DNA of 64,000 nt from a virus, in the IMG/VR virus record IMGVR_UViG_3300047160_007578, positions 66,263 to 130,262 of that record; one strand, given 5' to 3'. The position numbers and the translations under genes were made by a program. Below are positions 34,035 to 44,900 of this stretch, piece by piece. Under the pieces are notes generated by a model. That model was given only the letters and a program-made list of their open reading frames with translations. It was not told the DNA's origin and did not search any database. Within the stretch, counting starts at the first letter, position 1. Each line of letters starts with the position of its first letter.

Positions 34035-34321
34035 GCGATCCACTCCCAACACCTTACCCGGTACCCCATTATATCATGGAGTTACAACCCGACATGGTTG
34101 TTGATCCCGATAAATTCTTCGAGTTATTTTTGAAAAAAATAGCAGAGGATGATTCTGTTCCGAAGCAACTGAACGTGAAACGATTGGACACTCGTACTGT
34201 CAGTTTCGATATGAAAGACTTAAATAATTACAAAACGATTATTAATCGCCTCCACGAAATAGCCGAAGTGGTTGAAAACGAACTGAACCCAAAAGGAGAC
34301 AACAATGCCGGTGCATGTTGA
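34031..34321 (+). CDS. hypothetical protein
   Basis: 96-aa ORF with ATGA overlap. Confidence 0.65.
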   Translation: MSDPLPTPYPVPHYIMELQPDMVVDPDKFFELFLKKIAEDDSVPKQLNVKRLDTRTVSFDMKDLNNYKTIINRLHEIAEVVENELNPKGDNNAGAC

Positions 34322-34520
34322 GAAGCGCGGTAAGAAGCACGTCGTCGTCGAGCCCGGCGGTGGCAAGGTCAAGAAAGGCCGCTCACACGGCACACGCAAG
34401 GATGCAGTCAAACAAGCCCAGGCCATTAACATCAACATGATGCGAAGTGGCAAGATCAAGCCCAAGGGCGGTAAGCCCCCGATCGCTCGCAAGCCTGCGC
34501 CCAAGCGAAAGAAGAAGTAA
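34305..34520 (+). CDS. small Lys-rich basic protein
   Basis: MPVHVEKRGKK...HGTRKDAVKQAQAI; AGGAG RBS. Confidence 0.75.
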   Translation: MPVHVEKRGKKHVVVEPGGGKVKKGRSHGTRKDAVKQAQAININMMRSGKIKPKGGKPPIARKPAPKRKKK

Positions 34521-34554
34521 CGGATTTCTCCCACCCACCAGAGGGATATTGCCA

Positions 34555-35634
34555 ATGGATCAAATCACGAATCTTCGGGATGGCGACTTCACGATTATTT
34601 ACCATCGGAACTGCACCGATGGTTTCGCGTCTGCATGGGCAGCCGTGCGGGCTATCAATCAGCTTCCAATACCTTCGAGTCGAGCAGCTACTCTTCAAAT
34701 CGATCTGTTTGATTGTCAGTATCAGGAACCGTTCACAATTCCCGAAGACAAGTTGAAGGACCGATACGTCTACATTCTCGACTTTTCTTTTCCGCGCAAA
34801 ATCATGCTCTTTATCAAATCGCTCGCCAGGAAGATGAAATGTTACGATCATCACAAGACGGCCCAAAAGGAATTAGAAGACATTGAGGGTTGCGAGTTTG
34901 ATATGAGCCGATCCGGGGCCATGATGACGTGGCAAGGATTCAATATGGAAGCGGTACCGCGTCTAATACATTACGTTCAGGACTACGATCTTTGGCTACA
35001 TAGGTTACCTGCTACTCGCGAAATCAATGCCAATATCAAAAGTTATCCGATGACCTTCGAGAACTTCGATTTGATTAATGCTCGTATCGAACGCAATTTT
35101 ACTGAGTTTGCTCGTGAAGGAGGAGCACTCCTACGCCGCGAAGCACAAGATATTGAAAATGCAGTCAACAATAAGGTTCCAATGGTAATCGATGGCCGAC
35201 GAATTTGGTGCGTCAATAATCCGAACGCGACTTTAATAAGTAAGATAGGGGAAGCCCTCGCCAACCAAGATAACAAATACGGTATGGGCGGCGTGTTCTT
35301 CATGCTTCCCACCGGGCAATGGGCCGTCAGTCTTCGCTCACGCGAATTCATGAACGCAGTTGGTGCGAAACAATTAACCGATGTTAGTTTGATCTGCAAG
35401 AAATTTGGTGGCGGTGGTCACGCAAGTGCTGCTGGTTTCAAGACCAACGATATCGCTCAGTTCTTCGACTACTGCAACGTGATTATTGATCAAGATAAGA
35501 TGACCTGCTGTACCAACTTCGCAACGCATTGGGTTGGTAGCGATGGCGTCGATAACTACAATCACGTCTGCGAAGATCATATCAAGACCATATTCAAGGA
35601 AGGTGATAAGGTATACGCACTCAACCAAGAATAA
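34555..35634 (+). CDS. DHH/DHHA1 family phosphoesterase
   Basis: YH..C.DG, LDFS, DHH and GGGGHASAAGF. Confidence 0.92.
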   Translation: MDQITNLRDGDFTIIYHRNCTDGFASAWAAVRAINQLPIPSSRAATLQIDLFDCQYQEPFTIPEDKLKDRYVYILDFSFPRKIMLFIKSLARKMKCYDHHKTAQKELEDIEGCEFDMSRSGAMMTWQGFNMEAVPRLIHYVQDYDLWLHRLPATREINANIKSYPMTFENFDLINARIERNFTEFAREGGALLRREAQDIENAVNNKVPMVIDGRRIWCVNNPNATLISKIGEALANQDNKYGMGGVFFMLPTGQWAVSLRSREFMNAVGAKQLTDVSLICKKFGGGGHASAAGFKTNDIAQFFDYCNVIIDQDKMTCCTNFATHWVGSDGVDNYNHVCEDHIKTIFKEGDKVYALNQE

Positions 35635-35654
35635 TAATCAGGAAAGGAAAACCA

Positions 35655-36233
35655 TTGCTATTTATCGCGTTCGGACACCGCAAGCGAGTTGGCAAAGATA
35701 CCGCTGCGCGATTCTTAAGCGCATATTTGAGGCTCAAGAAAAAGGGCCTTGACATTCAACAGAAAGGATTCGGCGATAAGGTCAAAGATATTACGCATCA
35801 ATTATATGGCTGGGCTGGCTTGCAGCCTGGACACTATTACGAGAAACCCGAGAATGCCCATTTGATCGAACAGATACTTCCAAGGATCGGAAAGAGCCCG
35901 CGACAAATTTGGATCGAATTCGCAACTAAAGTTGCACGTGAAGTATACGCTGATACTTGGCTCGATTACGTTCTGCAAACTACTGAGGGCGATGTTTGTA
36001 TCCTGAAAGATTTACGGTTTCCTAATGAGGCTCATAAGATTCTAGATTTCGGCGGGTACATTTACAAAATCAATCGAGCTGACGCTCCTAATAATTCTGA
36101 TCTTGCTGATGATCAATTAGTCGAATTTAATCAGTGGACAAAGATTCTGGACAATAACGGATCAATCAAAGAATTCCACGATAAGATCACGACTGAGATC
36201 GGTGACACGATTCTCGCACAATTAAATGAGTAA
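35655..36233 (+). CDS. deoxynucleoside monophosphate kinase
   Basis: G...VGKDT P-loop, F.D.VK and DLRFPNE. Confidence 0.85.
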   Translation: MLFIAFGHRKRVGKDTAARFLSAYLRLKKKGLDIQQKGFGDKVKDITHQLYGWAGLQPGHYYEKPENAHLIEQILPRIGKSPRQIWIEFATKVAREVYADTWLDYVLQTTEGDVCILKDLRFPNEAHKILDFGGYIYKINRADAPNNSDLADDQLVEFNQWTKILDNNGSIKEFHDKITTEIGDTILAQLNE

Positions 36234-36248
36234 CATGAAAGGAGCCTC

Positions 36249-36617
36249 ATGAGTCCTTACCAACAAATCGCCGAACGCCGAATGAAGGTTCTCTGGTTTT
36301 CTAATAAGCAACTTCTCGATCTAATACAGGGTAATATCAAACTCGAAACTCTGGAACCTGGTTCAAATGTCGTTAACGTCACTTTCGATGCTGCTCGCGG
36401 TTCATTTGGTTTGGTTTTGATTAATGATCGTTGGGACTCAATTCCCCCGAATCAAATACTTCCAGAATATCCAACAATTCAACAATCACCGTTCGCTTCG
36501 GCTCTCAAAGAAGGTCTGAACAAAATGATCGGTGTCGGTGGGCAAGTTTCAGGTCTTCATCCCGACGGAGCAGACGAGTCAATGCCAGTTAAAGTAAAAG
36601 CACCGGAGCGCCCATGA
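36249..36617 (+). CDS. hypothetical protein
   Basis: 122-aa ORF with AAGGAG RBS. Confidence 0.65.
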   Translation: MSPYQQIAERRMKVLWFSNKQLLDLIQGNIKLETLEPGSNVVNVTFDAARGSFGLVLINDRWDSIPPNQILPEYPTIQQSPFASALKEGLNKMIGVGGQVSGLHPDGADESMPVKVKAPERP

Positions 36618-37228
36618 TTGAACGCACAATGACGCATCTCAATTCCAACAGTCTTGTCTCAATTGCAATTGAGACGACTGGAGATAATCCACGCCTTCAC
36701 GATGTTTGTTTTATTTGTATCGTGTTGTTGGATAATTACATCAAACCATCAACACAGATAGTCCCATTCTATACAGCGATTCAACCGTTTCGTCCAGAAA
36801 ATATTGATCCTGAGACTGCCAGTATCAGCCCAACAAAACTCAATAATGCGATGATACATGGTATCGCACCATCACTAGCTGCTGATCGTTTGGAAGAGTG
36901 GGTGAAGCTGTTGGATATGCCGGAGGGGAAAAGGATCGTGCCGATTGTGCACGGGTGGGAAAGGATTCACAGCTTCCTGCGAGAATGGTTGGGCTTTCAC
37001 AATTGCAAGCACTTGATATCCGAAGAAGCCCGCGATCTAAGAACCGCGGCATTGTATCTGAACGATTGTCTAAATCATCGTGCCAAACCAATGATGTATA
37101 CCAAAGTATTACCCAGCTTTATTGGACAAGCTCATAATATTCAATGGCTAGTATACGCTGACGTTATGGAGAAAGCCTTGAAACAGGCTGAAATATATCG
37201 CTTGATGTTAGGTATTTCAAACTCATGA
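36614..37228 (+). CDS. degenerate DEDDh exonuclease-like protein
   Basis: IAIETTG in place of IDxETTG; ExoII and ExoIII acidic residues not evident. Confidence 0.55.
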   Translation: MIERTMTHLNSNSLVSIAIETTGDNPRLHDVCFICIVLLDNYIKPSTQIVPFYTAIQPFRPENIDPETASISPTKLNNAMIHGIAPSLAADRLEEWVKLLDMPEGKRIVPIVHGWERIHSFLREWLGFHNCKHLISEEARDLRTAALYLNDCLNHRAKPMMYTKVLPSFIGQAHNIQWLVYADVMEKALKQAEIYRLMLGISNS

Positions 37229-37253
37229 TTATTAATCATTCCAGATTAGCGAT

Positions 37254-37532
37254 TCATTCCGGGTCGCTTTCCCCTCTTTTATCGCACGCAATACAATGAT
37301 CAAAAGTCATACTCAAGAGATTGTACTTTGTACAATGTCTTAGGGGGACTTTGTCGATACAGCATGGTACCTGCACCAGTCGAATTGTTCTTGCCCTGCA
37401 TGGCGGCAGTATCGGAGTGAAACGGTACGGGTCGCCAGGATCAACTTCATATCCCGGCACTTCCATCGGCGGCAGCCCTCTCTTCTTGAAAATGATGCTG
37501 CCGTCTCCCATCCTGATGTATTGACACGCCAT
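37254..37532 (-). CDS. Cys-rich hypothetical protein
   Basis: 92-aa ORF, AGGAG RBS, last gene of the virion operon. Confidence 0.65.
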   Translation of the reverse strand: MACQYIRMGDGSIIFKKRGLPPMEVPGYEVDPGDPYRFTPILPPCRARTIRLVQVPCCIDKVPLRHCTKYNLLSMTFDHCIACDKRGESDPE

Positions 37533-37546
37533 CCAATCTCCTTTGA

Positions 37547-40459
37547 TTAAAAATCACCACCACCAGTATCTGCTGGAGGCGCGAGCCAGAATGGAGACGG
37601 TGTTAACGTATATTTGACACCAATAGCACCGCCTAAGACAGTGGTAGTACCACTGGCACCGAAAATCATTTGTCGAATTACAGTACAAGTACAACTTTCA
37701 GGTAATGCGGCATCCGGTGACATACCTGAAACAATAGCATTGACAGTAGCGGTTGATGGTTGATCATAACCATCTTCGTAGAGATCAACAGTGTATGTAT
37801 TATCATCATTCGCAGCAGTTATTATACCAGGAATAGGTCTCGACGGTGCGCCAAGATCAGTGTCTGTTGATGGAGTCGGCGTTGGTTCACGAAAGACATA
37901 ATTGTATGCTGGTTGAACAATTGCACCCTGAGCCGGTGTTTGACCTGTGGGTCCACCCGGAGGCGCTCCATCATACCACGGATAATTAGGCATTTCTGCT
38001 ATTGCTGGTGGTGTAGGATTTGCTGGCGGATTACCTTGATCCGAAATGGAACTACCACCACCTTGTACACTCCACACTGGCGTGACTGGATTCGTTCCTG
38101 CTTTAGCATTCAAATCAACTTGCGGTAATTGCACAAAGACACCAGGCACTTCGTTTATGTCAGGGAAGACATAAGTCGTTGAGATACCTGCCGGGCGTGC
38201 CAGCGGATATTCCTTCATTTCTCCCAATCTCACTGGCAGCCAAATGTCTAAGTCTATTGACAAATCAGCTGAATTAAAAGTTGCCTTTCTAGTTGACCCG
38301 ACAACAGGACCAATACAGGCGTAATTATGGGCAAGATTAATAGTCACATCATCGAAAGTCTCAACTGTGAGCTTCTGAAGAAATGTCTTACACTTGAGAA
38401 CCTTCCAAATGTTACTGTATATCATTGTCCAGTATTGTGCAGATTTCCAAACATAATCCAGAATATTGTAGATGTAAAAATCATAGCTTCGCTTAACGAC
38501 ACCATATAAAGCAACATTATTCTGGCAACAGATTTCAGTCTTATCAGTCAACGCCCAGGACGTTTGAAACAGAGCAACAAACTTTGTTACGATTTCTTCA
38601 AATGGTGTACATTCTATTTGGAGCGTAGCTACTTCAATATCATCCTCAGTAATAGTGTCAACAGGTGTTAATTGTTCAGGTAAGTATCTTATATACCATG
38701 TATCGTTTGTGACCCACACCGCACACCGAGCTTGCCAAGCGATTTCTTTTAATACTGTGACCACATTCTTCTTGTCATAGAACGGAAAGCTTGACGGATA
38801 CTTTTCAACCATGATACGGACATGATTAAAACTCGTCCAATCAATTTTATATGCTGTATAATTTTGGATGAACCAAACTAAAATATCAACAGTATTCGGT
38901 CCAATTGGAGAAATAACAGTGGCATACACATCGTTTGACCAGTGCTGATCCCAAATCGTTGAGAGCGGTTGATTAAAAGTCGCAATCAATGCCGTGACAC
39001 TACCGAAGGACATATAGCTCAATTCGTAATAGTACGGCGGTATCGGTGTGATCAGCTCCAAACCACTGTCTCGATCCTTTGCTGACAACCAAAGAACCTG
39101 AACATTCGGAACAATCGTGATAATATATCGAATCGAATAATCAACACCTGGTTCGACAGTTGCCCCAGCTTGAGCAAACCAGAATTTTTGCCTATTACTC
39201 ATTCCTTGTGTATTTGCAGGTGCAACAGGAGCAGTATTAATTGTAAAAAAGTAGGGTGGTTGGCATGACCAATAAGCTGTCGCTTCTGATTGTGCTGTTG
39301 GATTAAGGTCGCCAACGATCTTAAAACCGGGGCCACCTTTGGCAGCAACAGTTGAATCAAATTGCTCTTGCGTTCCTTGAACAGGAGAACCAAATCTACT
39401 TGGAAGACTTGGAGCTAATCCACCGCCAGGAGCACGGTGAAAGTCTTCATTAGGCGACATTCTTGAAATCACATTGAAAACATCACCAGAGAATGAACCG
39501 TAGTAACTTGCTCCATTGATTTTAATTTCCATAGGAGTACCTTGATGAAAGCGATGACCATTGATAATCGGAATTGAATAAAGATCATAAATCTTTTGAT
39601 CCTGTTGTATCGCCTTCAATCTATTAATTTGTGGATAATGATTTGCATTAGCTTGTGACTGCATTGACAAAGCTTGATTTTCTAACGCCTTACCTTTTGC
39701 CATTAGGGCAGCATCAGGCGTAAGTGCGGCTCCAAAACCAATTGACGAACCACCACTCATCGCAATCCACATCATTTCAGCTGCGCGTAAAGACAAGCAA
39801 GAAGCACGTCCAGATTGAGCATCAGCCTTATCTTGAAGATAATCAATTTGAGCGCCGAGATTTGCGTCTGGAATACCAAGAGGTACTCTAGTTGTACCAA
39901 CAGGAATCTCATCCATTTGAATGGTCGGCATATCGTGAACCGTGCCAAATACCAATGGCCACGGCTTATTCAAAATAATCGGTGGTACATTGGTGAAATT
40001 ACCATCTTCTACTGTGAATCCGACTTGCACATCATCAATCTTCGTTACCACATCAAACGAAAACGACCTATCGCCTTCACTCCAGACGATAGGCGCAGCA
40101 ACGACGCCCTCGAAGATTGGAAAAGCGTCACCAACTGGAATCTGTGTAAACCACTGATAAATGATCACTCGACGACCATACAGAGGGTGGGTATCAAAAA
40201 GATTTTTAATCATCCCATCAGTATCATCCAATACGACCTTAACGCTAGTCGTGGAACCACCTTTGGAAATATCGAGTACAGCTTCAAGATCAGCAACTTC
40301 TATCAGTTTGCCCATAACAACACCTGGAATATATCGATCACAATAGCTATAGAAGTTACCTTTATAAATCCATTGAATCGAAATGATATTAACTGGCTCT
40401 AAGCCAGTTTTGTTGGCGAGCAATGTGTTGAGAGTTTCAGGGGGAATACGCCTCGGCAT
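37547..40459 (-). CDS. tail tip / baseplate hub-like protein
   Basis: 970 aa, downstream of tape measure, KPWPLVFG motif. Confidence 0.7.
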   Translation of the reverse strand: MPRRIPPETLNTLLANKTGLEPVNIISIQWIYKGNFYSYCDRYIPGVVMGKLIEVADLEAVLDISKGGSTTSVKVVLDDTDGMIKNLFDTHPLYGRRVIIYQWFTQIPVGDAFPIFEGVVAAPIVWSEGDRSFSFDVVTKIDDVQVGFTVEDGNFTNVPPIILNKPWPLVFGTVHDMPTIQMDEIPVGTTRVPLGIPDANLGAQIDYLQDKADAQSGRASCLSLRAAEMMWIAMSGGSSIGFGAALTPDAALMAKGKALENQALSMQSQANANHYPQINRLKAIQQDQKIYDLYSIPIINGHRFHQGTPMEIKINGASYYGSFSGDVFNVISRMSPNEDFHRAPGGGLAPSLPSRFGSPVQGTQEQFDSTVAAKGGPGFKIVGDLNPTAQSEATAYWSCQPPYFFTINTAPVAPANTQGMSNRQKFWFAQAGATVEPGVDYSIRYIITIVPNVQVLWLSAKDRDSGLELITPIPPYYYELSYMSFGSVTALIATFNQPLSTIWDQHWSNDVYATVISPIGPNTVDILVWFIQNYTAYKIDWTSFNHVRIMVEKYPSSFPFYDKKNVVTVLKEIAWQARCAVWVTNDTWYIRYLPEQLTPVDTITEDDIEVATLQIECTPFEEIVTKFVALFQTSWALTDKTEICCQNNVALYGVVKRSYDFYIYNILDYVWKSAQYWTMIYSNIWKVLKCKTFLQKLTVETFDDVTINLAHNYACIGPVVGSTRKATFNSADLSIDLDIWLPVRLGEMKEYPLARPAGISTTYVFPDINEVPGVFVQLPQVDLNAKAGTNPVTPVWSVQGGGSSISDQGNPPANPTPPAIAEMPNYPWYDGAPPGGPTGQTPAQGAIVQPAYNYVFREPTPTPSTDTDLGAPSRPIPGIITAANDDNTYTVDLYEDGYDQPSTATVNAIVSGMSPDAALPESCTCTVIRQMIFGASGTTTVLGGAIGVKYTLTPSPFWLAPPADTGGGDF

Positions 40460-40471
40460 GATTAATAATCC

Positions 40472-41344
40472 TCATGACTGAGTCTCGAAGTCCAAACGAA
40501 CCGAGCTAAATTGTTTTTGCTGTCGAGAGAAGTCAGTATCAGGATTCTTGATATAAACGGAGTGATTGTTACCTTCATAATCGAGCAAGTTGAAAACCTG
40601 GCCTACTGTGTTCGATACAAAAGTCATCAGATTATCTCGGTCCTTCATACCCAAATATTTCCAAGTGTAAGTCAATGTCGTTGACTTTGGCCACTGCGGG
40701 TCTCTGAAAATAATCAAATCCCCGCCCCTGGTCTTTTTATTAACGCGAGTGAATTGCAGTGCCTCCGTGTTGTCGAAATCAGGAGACATGACTGTGACAC
40801 TATATCTATTATCAAAAGTAGAAAGTGTAACAGTAAGCGTATTAGTTGCTGGGCCAACAAGACAGGGTCGATCACCGCACCTAATTTGTGTAAAAGTTAA
40901 TCCTTCGGTAAGATTGAGCGTCTCGTTTATTATGAGAACTCTCTTGACTTTAAGTCCTATCGTTTCTGTAAACACTAACGTGTCATACTTTGCTTTACGC
41001 TTATCAAGAGTAAGCGTTTCCCTAAAGTGCAATTGCTCTACAAAATTAAGACTACTCTTATGTTCCACTAATTGTAGAATATCAAAAACATCACACTGGA
41101 AACTTCTCGGTAATGTATGCTCAGAAAATACGAGACTCTCAATAATATTTGGAATCTGTCGAGTAGTACTACTTGTCAACAAATCTCGAATTGTCATCGA
41201 TTCGACAATACTTAAATAATGTCTATTATGCTTTAACGTTTCAGTAAAAGTCAAAGACTCAGATACTCGAAATGAAGGTCTATCGGTTCTTACTTTTTCG
41301 GCAAAAAGAATCACATCAGTTGTATAGAGAGAGAATGTTCGCAT
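40472..41344 (-). CDS. tail protein (distal-tail-like C domain)
   Basis: E.L.F.E repeats and a C-terminal domain shared with 53437-56784 and 61530-63104. Confidence 0.6.
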   Translation of the reverse strand: MRTFSLYTTDVILFAEKVRTDRPSFRVSESLTFTETLKHNRHYLSIVESMTIRDLLTSSTTRQIPNIIESLVFSEHTLPRSFQCDVFDILQLVEHKSSLNFVEQLHFRETLTLDKRKAKYDTLVFTETIGLKVKRVLIINETLNLTEGLTFTQIRCGDRPCLVGPATNTLTVTLSTFDNRYSVTVMSPDFDNTEALQFTRVNKKTRGGDLIIFRDPQWPKSTTLTYTWKYLGMKDRDNLMTFVSNTVGQVFNLLDYEGNNHSVYIKNPDTDFSRQQKQFSSVRLDFETQS

Positions 41345-41389
41345 TTATCCTCCTTTGAATTGAACCCATGATTATTAATCGAAATCATA

Positions 41390-41953
41390 TTAGCAAGAGA
41401 GACCGTAAGTAGAACGAATTTCATCGCTTGGTACGCAAGCCGGCGGATTGGTATAGGAAGCCGCACTCCAGAGAACACCGGCTGTGCTTCCCTTCGTATT
41501 GACCGTCGTGATAAACAAGCCCTGAACCGTGCCAGTGACCGTCAGATCGAAGACCATCGGCGACGCATTCGAGATGCTTGCGCTCGCGGCTGTACCCTGT
41601 CCCCACGCGGGACGAACAGTTTGCGAATAACCTGTGAACTCGACCCAGCCAGGGTGAGACGACATTGTGTCAGTCGCGACGTTGTAGCCAGTGAATCCGT
41701 TGGCATCGACCAGACCAGCACACCAGCTTCCCGGCGTGATTTGCAACAGAGCATTGAAGAACGTATTGAGCAGTGCGTTCTTGCCGACGACCACGATATC
41801 GTTGTGAGCTTCATGGACGGAAATCAACTTGCCTTTCCGCCAGAGTTCACTGACCCAATGACCGCGGAGAGTCAACGGATCATTAATCGGACGCTTCCTT
41901 GTCACATTGCTGGTGAGTCCTTCTCTCAGATTCATTCGTTGTTGAAAGCTCAT
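41390..41953 (-). CDS. tail-associated structural protein
   Basis: N.VV.GKN.LL motif and position next to the tape measure. Confidence 0.6.
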   Translation of the reverse strand: MSFQQRMNLREGLTSNVTRKRPINDPLTLRGHWVSELWRKGKLISVHEAHNDIVVVGKNALLNTFFNALLQITPGSWCAGLVDANGFTGYNVATDTMSSHPGWVEFTGYSQTVRPAWGQGTAASASISNASPMVFDLTVTGTVQGLFITTVNTKGSTAGVLWSAASYTNPPACVPSDEIRSTYGLSC

Positions 41954-44900
41954 TGTGCATCCTGTAGGGTTTGGAATCGAACCGTCCCACGCCGTAATTC
42001 AGTATTGATCCCTTGAGCAATCTCCCGTATTGTTCTTTCCGACGTATCACCACCGGAAACATTGACGTTGATATCGCCAACAGTTACAAGACCGCCACCA
42101 GCAAAATAACGTGGCTGTCGTCCACTGTTAATAGACAGAAGTTGAGTATAGAATCTACGCGTACTATCAGCGTTGACTACGAATTCTCCCGCTGTTAACC
42201 ATGCCGGTATGTTGTCTGTCCCTCTTGGACCAGAAACTGGTCCACCTTCTGCATACCTACCGGGTGCAATTTGACCAGGTTCCAATGGCCCAATAAAACC
42301 AGGTGCCGGCGTTGAAAGACCACGCATTTGATTTATTGAAGTTACAGTGTTTATTATATCCTGATTAATTTGCGCAGTTAGCTTTTGAGATTTCTCTAGC
42401 TCCTGCGTTATGTGGGGCATCGCTACAGCCGCACCTTCAAAACCAGCTCGCATTTGTTGTGCAGGTTGACCAATCTGTTGCAGCGCTTCCAAAGGCGATT
42501 GAGCCGTCGATATTTTCTGTATCGCATCGTCTACTATTCGTGCTTGTCTTTGTGGATTTATAGCCTTATTTGTGACTTCTCGATCAATATTCCCAAGAGC
42601 AGTTTGTAGATTACCTGTAAATTCAACACCACCAAATATACGAGAAACCCAATCACCCCAGCTACTAGCATCTTTTAACTTTGCTAGCGTCTGCATTAAT
42701 TCAGACATTGCAGTACGCAACAATAAAGCATTTTCCGCTGTTTGTCCTTCCTTTGTTGACATTCTTGCTAAGGCTTGCTCTGCATTTTGTTGCGCCTTCA
42801 CATAGGCGTTCCAATCCTCAGCAGATTGTCGTGCAGCGGAACCAAAAGGAATTTGTCCAACATTTATTTCTGAAACATCGTGTACTTTTTGCATTCGCCC
42901 ACGAATCTCAGCTAGGGTAACACCCATCTGAGTTTGCGCAAGCTTTAGCTGTACCTGTGCTTCAATACGCTTATTAATCGCATCGGTTCCTTCCTCTATT
43001 ATTTTCTTCATCGACTCTTCTAATTGAAGCAATCGAGAACTTGCCTGATTAGCCCTATCAACAGCGGCTGTTTCTGCCGCAAGCGCAGCCGCTTTTTGTG
43101 TAACCACTTGACTAACTTCTCTTGAACTTATTTGTTTTTCGGTAGGTAGACGTTCATTAGCTACATCTATTGCGTCTCTTGCAGCTTTAGCGAGTTTCTC
43201 CAAATCAGCTGCCGCAAGTGCACGACCACCGCCAGGTCCTTGGCGTGCTTCTGCCTCCCTATATCTACGAAGCATATTACCTTTTTCATCAAACATACTA
43301 AATTTTTCGATATTACGAAATGCTTGTTCTACTAATTTCAGATTTTGTGTCTGTATTGACTTTTCTTTTTCAAGTTCAATATTACGTTGTCTACGAGCTT
43401 CTTGTATTTGTTTTTCCCATCGAGCTTGTTGCTCGATAAGTTGATTGATTGCTTCTTGTCTTTGCTGATCTTGAGTCATATTTGGTGAATATTTTGCAAC
43501 TATTGGTTGGTACGCTCCCATCTGCGCACCAGGTGGTAATGTTTTCGCATATGCGTCATGGGCTTGTTGACCTATCTGATTAAGATATTGTGTCCAGTGT
43601 TGAAGATTCTGTGTGAGACCGGCATCTTCCTCCTTGAAGAATTGTATCGACAATTTTAATCGTTCCTGAAACATCTTATTTATTTCAGATATTTCAGCAT
43701 CATTAAGTATTCTCTTTTCAGCAGCAGCTTTTTGCTCAATAGCCGATTGTTCTTGCTGCAACTCTTGCATGCGTTGCTGAATTGCAACTTGTTTTTGATA
43801 CGGGTCCTGTATTGCACCAAATCTCTCTTGAAATAAAGCAGCACGTGCTTGTTCAGCAAAATTCTGCGCCCTTTTCATTGACGCGTCTATTTCTGACGTA
43901 TTTTTTGCTATTTCGCGTCGAACTTCAGATAAGGCACTCCGAAGAGTATCGGTAAATGATTGTGTCGTTATTAACCAAGATTGAGCCATTCTTTTATGAT
44001 CATTAATCGCATCATCACGAACTTGATTGGACAATTTAATAAGTTCTCTAGCGCCAGCTAAATCAGGTTCAAAATGTTGCCTTACTTTTTGTTCGTAGTC
44101 TCGGACTTCAGCGCGACCGCCAGCGCGTATTTGTTCTGCCGCTGTTCGTCCTTCACGTGCTATTTTTTGTGCGTTTTCCCATTGTGGATTATTGAATATA
44201 GAATCAAGTGCCATATTAATCAGTTTAAGTGGCCCGCTAACAATATCTTCCGCAAAGAAGTTCTTTATTCGTTGTGCGAATTTTTCCCATTGAGCACCGA
44301 CGGTCTGATCTACCTTCTCAAAATTCTGAGCCAATTTACTCGGATCAGTATTATAGAGTTTTTCTAATTCCAATCTGAATTTTTCTGTATTTTGACCACC
44401 TAGAGAAAGGAATCCAATGAAAGTACGAAGTGATCCTCCAATTTCAGACATTAACTCTGGTGTACGTTCGGCGTCTTGATTGAGTTTTTCTAATACTGCT
44501 GGTAATTGACCACCAAACGCATTCATTAGAGATTGGGCGTTAACAACCCCAAGGCTTTGCATCCATTGTTGCATCGCCTTGCCAGGTCTTTCAAACGCAC
44601 CCAATACTTGCTGTATACGATTCATTGATTCAGATGCGCGACCACCTTGGCTCTGAATCGTTATAAACGCTGCAACTACTTGCTCAAAATCAACACCCAT
44701 AGCTTTTGCAGCTGGGCCGACGCGACCAATTGAAGCTTGTAATTGTTCAAGCGGAATACGAGAACGACTTTGTGCCGCGGCTAATACATTTACTACACGA
44801 CCAGCATCATTTGCCGATAAATGGAACGCATCCATACTAGCAGTCGTTAATCGTAACGCTGCATTATACTCTAAACCGGTAGCACGTCCTAACATCATCG

